Origin: Octopus bimaculoides
Taxonomy: Eukaryota
DNA length: 64,000 nucleotides
Direction of reading: 5' to 3'
NCBI RefSeq assembly: GCF_001194135.2
Contig: NC_068983.1
Location: 159,063,862-159,127,861 of the forward strand
The translations under genes were made by a program, and so were the position numbers. Below, piece after piece: positions 57,405 through 64,000 of this stretch (the first letter of the stretch is position 1; each line of letters starts with the position of its first letter). The notes under the pieces are model-generated. The model searched no databases. It was not told the DNA's origin and worked only from the letters and a program-made list of their open reading frames with translations.

Positions 57405-58345
57405 CGCTCTACTGGTCACTCTTTACAACACCTGTCTGTGTTCGGATTGTCCTTGCACAGGCGCCATCCGGACTCCCGTCTTTGCCGTGAGCAGGGATTA
57501 ATCTTCTCTCTTCGCTCCTTTGCGCCACATGGGCTCAACTCTCCTCCCCTCTTCATCTAACCCTCCTCCTCTCTAATCTCTTCCTCTTTCCTTTCTTCCT
57601 CTCTTCCTCTCACACCTACTTCCTCCCACTTACATCTCCTTTCTTGCTCTGGCACCTACTTCCTCTCTTCACTCTTACCCACCTTCTCCCTTCTCCCCTC
57701 ATCGTCACCCCTCCCTCTTACCCCATCCCTACACATTACAACTCCACCATTCCTATACATCTCATCCCACTGCACCCTATCCCTTAGAACCCACCCTTGC
57801 TTCTCCCACTCTCGCCTCCCCACACCATACACCACCACACCACACCACACACCACCATACACTACCACACCACACCACACACCACCATACCACACCACAG
57901 CACATCACACCACCCTGCACACACTAGCACAGACCAATGCCCAGCATTCACACTAGCACACACACTAGCAAGACCACTTCCCAGCACCTACATCATCATC
58001 CACACACCTACACATGCACACACGCACACGTCGATGTCACCAGCCCCCTTCCACACGCACATAACGCTCTCACATACACACGCACATGCACCTTCGTTTT
58101 GGGATCACCACTACTTTATTAGCTCCCCTTCTTCTTAGCTCTCCTGTGTGACCCCTCTGTCCGGCATTCACTATGAGAGTTCGCTAGCCACTATACCTTT
58201 TTCTATTTTCTCTCCCTGTTTATTTCTGTGTTCCTTTCTGTCGAAGAGCGTAGGCTCGAAACGTAAAAGACTTTCTCACTTCCCGAGCGTTAAACTAATT
58301 GTTTACACACTCGTCTTTTGTTTTGTCTTTGTAAATTCTCACAGT
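57405..58345 (+). mobile_element. Penelope-like element relic: GIY-YIG C-terminus, low-complexity spacer, hammerhead-like motif
   Basis: RSTGHSLQHLSVFGLSLHRRHPDSRLCREQGLIFSLRSFAPHGLNS (57405-57542) resembles the PLE GIY-YIG end (GHS..DL.V.GL...EQ.LIF.L.T..P.GLN); hammerhead-like fold at 58234-58269. Confidence 0.7.
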
Positions 58346-58362
58346 ATATATATACATATATA

Positions 58363-58398
<36 letters not shown>

Positions 58399-58719
58399 TG
58401 TATGTATGTATGTATGTATGTATGTATGTATGTATGTATGTATGTACCGTCAGAGATGGCAGTTAAGGAAGATTCCATAATTGCCGTCTCTGAAAAGCGC
58501 AGGGTTACATAATGAGGCTGCCATTCAATGGCAGCCCCCAACACTCCTAGGGCGAAACCAATTGGTAAGATCGGATATATTAATATATATATATATATAN
58601 NNNNNNNNNNNNNNNNNNNNNNNNNNNNNNNNNNNNNNNNNNNNNNNNNNNNNNNNNNNNNNNNNNNNNNNNNNNNNNNNNNNNNNNNNNNNNNNNNNNN
58701 NNNNNNNNNNNNNNNNNNN

Positions 58720-58760
<41 letters not shown>

Positions 58761-59618
58761 ATATGTATGTATGCATGTATGTTGTGCGTATGACTAAGTG
58801 TTTACACATATATTGTACAAATTTGATTTATATTCGAACACATATTAGTAGATTTCATAATTAGATTTTATAATAAACTGGTTAGAAAACTAATCAAGAC
58901 ATACTACAGCATAAATCAACACTAGAGTGAGAGATTACAAAAGTTACTTCTTTAATTCAAAGAAAACACGCGAAAGGTATTCAATAACAGAACTTCCTTG
59001 TTTTGTTGCTATCGATTCGATATTTGGAAATGTGCTCACATGATTGAACATCGATTTCATATAGAATATTTTGATTACTAAAACACATTTAAATATTTTT
59101 ATGAGATTCTTGTGGCTATTTCTAACAATTTCTTTTCATAATGCATATTATAAGAATATTATTATATTAAAATATTACAAAAGACTACATGAGGCGTGAT
59201 CAAAAGAAAATTCGTGATCTTGGGAAATATTATTTTCAGAGGTAATTTTCATTTATGTTCTTCAGAGTCAGTACATCCCACCACTCTTACATACCCATAC
59301 ACACATACAAAAAATGTTTATCATTTCGCAGTTCATTGTTTTTCTTTCTACTCTCATATGAATCATTGTGTTTACAGTCTGCTAGTCGCTAAGAAGCCTA
59401 TCGATTTACATATATACACACACACATATATATGTATATATAAATATACGTATACACACACACACACACATGACTTGATGGACAGAAATTGACTCTGTAA
59501 CGAGTATAACGAGCCGCAAAGTGACTTTTCAACCCAGCTGATTATATATTCAGCTCTTACCACAGCTATAACATAAATATCTCATCTCATTTAAATGTAA
59601 TGTAGAATCATTCTATGT

Positions 59619-59674
<56 letters not shown>

Positions 59675-61781
59675 CCAATATGTACTTCATCTGATAGGGA
59701 TCTGAGCCACATTCTCTTTATAAAAGCAAACAATTTCTTAGTGCTAAGGCCAAAAAAGTTTGTGTAATAAAAATCTGTCCAACCAAATTTTCATATGGTC
59801 TTCATTTATATGATATTTAGATATACTTTGAATACTAATTACATGGAAGATCTTAGTTAACTTCCAGCAAGAACCTACTTTATTCCTATTAAAATGCAGA
59901 AAGTACCCTTGAGACATATTCTCACACCCGTACTGCTGAGAAAACTAGGTTTCACTGATGGGGATTAATAAAGCCGAAACATAGTCGTAGCAAGCCATCT
60001 TTCCAAACTAACAAAGAATAAGCTTTTTATTATAGGCATGGAAATATAATTTTCTAATAAACTGAATTCGTTAATCCTTGAAATAATCTCTCCCTTTTCT
60101 ATAGTGTCGCTTACAATTAACGCTAAATTTTTGTTATTTTTCCCTAATAAACAAGCAGATTTAATTCATTTAGAAACTTTTGCACATATTATGCAGTGCC
60201 CAATAACCTTATATCTGAATTATCTAAATTCATGTCGTTCTCCAACTTGAGAAAACGGTAGAGGAGTAGGGGCCGAAACTGGACATGGTTCCTCCTGATG
60301 ATGTCTTTAGCCACTGGATCCTATCTAGGAGCTGTTGAGGTAGCGAACCACGAAACGTGGTTGGAATTCCTAGCTCATTTTTTTATAATCATGTTGATCA
60401 CGAATAATCTTCAGTATACAATTTTGTTATGAAAAATTCGAATCAATTAATTCTCTTAAAGAAAAGTAAGGAAGTTCTGTTAATTGGATCCATTCACTGA
60501 AAAAATTCAACCAAGAATGTAATTTACCTCTTTGTAGCGCCACGTTCAATGCTTTCCATCTACTCTATGTTCCATATTATTGAAGGCAGCAGCAGTGGTT
60601 AGTTCAGGACATGCAGCTGACAGAAAAATAGCAGCCAAACCTACCCACGGACAGTTTTAAGGCTCGGTGGGTAGTAATAAAACATACAAACACGAAAAAA
60701 ATAACAACAATATATATGTATATATATATATATAAATAAGATAAATAAGAAGAGTTACAACCGAAGCAAAAAGCAAAATACTGTTTGGGAAACGTCGAAT
60801 ATTTCCATATAACAGAATTGATAGTTTTCAGGTTAAACTCATACTAAAACAGTAGTGTTAAATAATAAAAATATTCCAGGACAAATAAAACTGTGGAATT
60901 TTGAAGAAAGAAGTGTGTCTCTACTTGGTAGTATTATTAAATAAACAAAGAAAATATGAGTTGGCAAGATAGTGAAAACATATAAGAATACATCAGAGGT
61001 ATTTATAAACATTGGTAAAAGTGGATATTTGATGATAAATAACTGTGATCTCAATATATACTCATGGAAAAATGCACCAATGCTGTAAAATCAGAATTTG
61101 TTTTCAAGTAGTAATAATGGCTGTTGCAGCTGACTGTAACTTAAAAGTAAATTATTGAAATAGTATTTCCCTCTTGGTTTCTGAAAAGAACCAGTTTCTG
61201 ACACGCACGCACGCACACGCACACTCGCACGCACATATAGAGATTCACATAAGTACACAGAACACCCTCTCACATATACGTATTTATGCACACGCACGCG
61301 CGTACTCACGCACACATACGCACATAAACACACAACCACACACACACACAGATACGTAATAAATATGAGTATGTATATCGCAATACAGGGACAGGTTAGA
61401 TGATTCCAAAATTAGGAAGACTGACACTTCGAGGTTAAAGTCGTACTAGAACAGTAATATTAAATAATTAAAAATACTCCAGAACAAAGAAAACTTTGGA
61501 ATATTGAAGAATGAAGGTTGTCTTTTCTTATTAGTACATTTAAATAAACAAAGAAAACATGAATTGCCAAGTTGGTGAAAATGTATATGAATATATTAGT
61601 AAACGTGTCATATGTGTATGCTACATTTACACAAGTAAGGAGTATCATACATACATCTGTACACACAGACACACACACACACACATGTCCATCCATCCGT
61701 CTGTCTGTCCATTCAAGCGTTTGTCTGCTTACGTATGTATGTATGTATGTATGTATGTATGTATGTATGTATGTATGTATG

Positions 61782-61825
<44 letters not shown>

Positions 61826-61829
61826 ATGT

Positions 61830-62450
61830 GCTGCACCAGTTCTCAAGTCGTCTGCGACGAAGCACCTCCATGCCAAAGTCTGAAGATTCAACATTTTTTG
61901 TAAAGAAAGAACAAACAACAGTTCTTTCCTCGTTACCTTCTTCCTGCTTATTTAGAATTTTCTCAGTCAGTCTCCCTGCTCTCATAACCCTACACTTGAG
62001 TTGCTGTACTTATTTGATCCTTCTTACGGGCTACAGGTTCACATAATGTCAGGGCATGTCCTCTCACGGGTGGGACTCTATGACACATGTCTTGCAGGCT
62101 AACCTTCCTTCGATTTCTGTGTGCTTTAGTTACTGGATCATTTTCTGCCCATAATTGGGCTCCTCGACAGGAGCAGATTCTCTTAGCTGGAGCAGATTCA
62201 CATCTCAGTGACAGCTAAGCAGTAACTCCATACTCTCCCAAACTCTTGAACTCTTGAACTGGACGTTCACCATCAGATGCACCCTACTTTAATGACTTGT
62301 CCATTCTGTTACTCTTTAATTCTTTTATGTGTTTCAGTCCTAAGCTTGCGGTCAAGCTGGCGCACTGACAGTCTCATCATCTTTTCAATCACCATTCCTA
62401 TGTCGTTGGCTTTTGGTGGATGAAGAATTTTGATATTACTTCCCTCGTTT
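61830..62450 (-). mobile_element. Degenerate RTE-like LINE C-terminal fragment
   Basis: Scattered similarity on the minus strand only; many stops. Confidence 0.35.
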
Positions 62451-62662
62451 GAGTTTCTTGCTGTGATGTAGGATCTACTGGGACCTTGGACAGTAGAAGC
62501 TCATGGTGCTTCTGGAAAACATCAACCCTCACCCTATACAAATTTCTTAATTTTTTTTTTTGGTAAGATATTAAGTAGTTGCGGGCCTTTGAAACCCGAG
62601 TTATTGCAGTACCTGGTTTTTACTCTAGGCAGGATGGAAAAATCTAGATGGCCATGTATGTA

Positions 62663-62715
<53 letters not shown>

Positions 62716-62779
62716 TGTAAATAATAATAATGGTATTTTATATAAGCTTAAAATTTATGGTGATCACCGTGCAATGACA

Positions 62780-62960
62780 AGGAGGCATATGGCTTAGTGG
62801 TTAGGGTGTTGCACTCACGTTTGCAAGATCGTAGGTTCGATTCTCAGACCAGGTGTTGCGTTGTGTTTTCGAGCAAAGCAATTCATTTCTGCTCTGCGAT
62901 CATTTCGTCATCTGACATATGACACCTTGGTAGGAAATGTCGATATGATGGAGGGAATGA
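62780..62960 (+). mobile_element. tRNA-derived SINE head
   Basis: A box tggcttagtgg, B box ggttcgattctc. Confidence 0.7.
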
Positions 62961-63101
62961 ACTTATGCGAACACAATCGTTTTTGTTGTTGTTCGTCAAT
63001 AAATTGTTGAACTCTCATATGTCGTCTAACAACGGGAGAGCCCATAATATATATATATATATATATATGCGTGTATATATATATATGTATATATATGTAT
63101 A

Positions 63102-63142
<41 letters not shown>

Positions 63143-63454
63143 GCATGCAGATATANNNNNNNNNNNNNNNNNNNNNNNNNNNNNNNNNNNNNNNNNNNNN
63201 NNNNNNNNNNNNNNNNNNNNNNNNNNNNNNNNNNNNNNNNNNNNNNNNNNNNNNNNNNNNNNNNNNNNNNNNNNNNNNNNNNNNNNNNNNNNNNNNNNNN
63301 NNNNNNNNNNNNNNNNNNNNNNNNNNNNNNNNNNNNNNNNNNNNNNNNNNNNNNNNNNNNNNNNNNNNNNNNNNNNNNNNNNNNNNNNNNNNNNNNNNNN
63401 NNNNNNNNNNNNNNNNNTATACATGCATATATATATATATATATATATAAATTA

Positions 63455-63870
63455 GAAACTTAGATATGTTTCGACCAAAGATAGGTCCAGGCCATGTCTA
63501 ACTTAATAGCATCACCTGATAGGATTATCTAAATCCTTTTTAAGTTAAGTTTTGTTTATGGTCCATTCAAGTGGTGAGTTCTTGTTGAGGTCGTTGTATC
63601 CAGGTATGGGTGGCTTATCTGGTATTCCTTGAAGAAATCAGTCTAGACACCGTTTAAAGGTGATGGGATCCTTTTCCTCTTTAATCAGTTTTGGGACAAT
63701 GTTGAACAGCGCAGGGCCTGTTGAGGAAAAGAAATTATGTCGCAGTGTATCTATATGTTGTGATCCTGAATTGGGCAGGGGTAGTATGGCCCGTGGTCCC
63801 AGCCTTGGATGAACCTTAAAACTAATGTTCAGGTCGTTTGGGCAATGCTGGCGGTATATTCTCCACAATA
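63455..63870 (-). mobile_element. CR1/L2-group LINE 3' end
   Basis: WRIYRQHCPNDL...TLRHNFFSSTGPALFNIVPKLIKEEKDPITFKRCLD*FLQGIPDKP, then a short 3' UTR with a GACC-loop-GGTC stem. Confidence 0.8.
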
Positions 63871-64000
63871 TATATATATATGTAAAAGCAATATGTGCAA
63901 AAACAGTCTGTATCTGTCCGCCTATATATCACTCTTTTTCGTTCTCTCTCTGTTTCGCTCTCTCTCTCTTTCGCTTTCGCCATATATATATATATATATA

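Noticed and set aside
57656-58138. His/Thr-rich and Gly/Val-rich ORFs
   Set aside because: Translation of (CACCA)n and CT-rich low-complexity DNA inside the Penelope-like relic.
60290-60370. CTGATGA...CGAAACGT hammerhead-like motif
   Set aside because: The core is perfect but stems I and II cannot be paired convincingly.
42214-63463. Long ORFs with X runs or [16 protein letters not shown] tracts
   Set aside because: Products of N gaps and microsatellites, not coding.

Overview
Eukaryotic, intron-rich animal DNA with 8 N-gaps. The microsatellite density and SINE/RTE repertoire suggest a coleoid cephalopod, probably Octopus (inference). The window holds the 3' part of one protein-coding gene on the + strand: 13 exons from position 1 to 37983, manually spliced with canonical GT-AG sites and consistent phases into about 622 aa. 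It encodes a Strawberry notch (SBNO/FORGETTER1-family) SF2 helicase-like protein. The main finding is its last exon, which adds a ~204-aa low-complexity tail that I do not recall in SBNO1/2. The tail carries a canonical PCNA-interacting PIP box (QFNMHSFF), a second PIP-like motif, a basic NLS and a terminal UBZ-type zinc finger. This architecture is typical of replication-fork and DNA-repair factors. Introns from 0.6 to 25.5 kb are full of RTE-type LINE fragments, tRNA-derived SINEs and MITEs, often nested and often in inverted pairs. The stretch from ~25.6 to 41.5 kb lacks recognisable copies. CpG content jumps at ~41.5 kb, at a possible minus-strand first exon. The 42-64 kb part looks intergenic. 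It contains a Helentron-like element, an interstitial (TTAGGG)n tract beside a rearranged LINE, Tc1/mariner remnants (one with DD36E spacing) and Penelope-like relics with minimal hammerhead-ribozyme folds. Repeat boundaries are approximate and protein similarities are recalled from memory, not from database searches.
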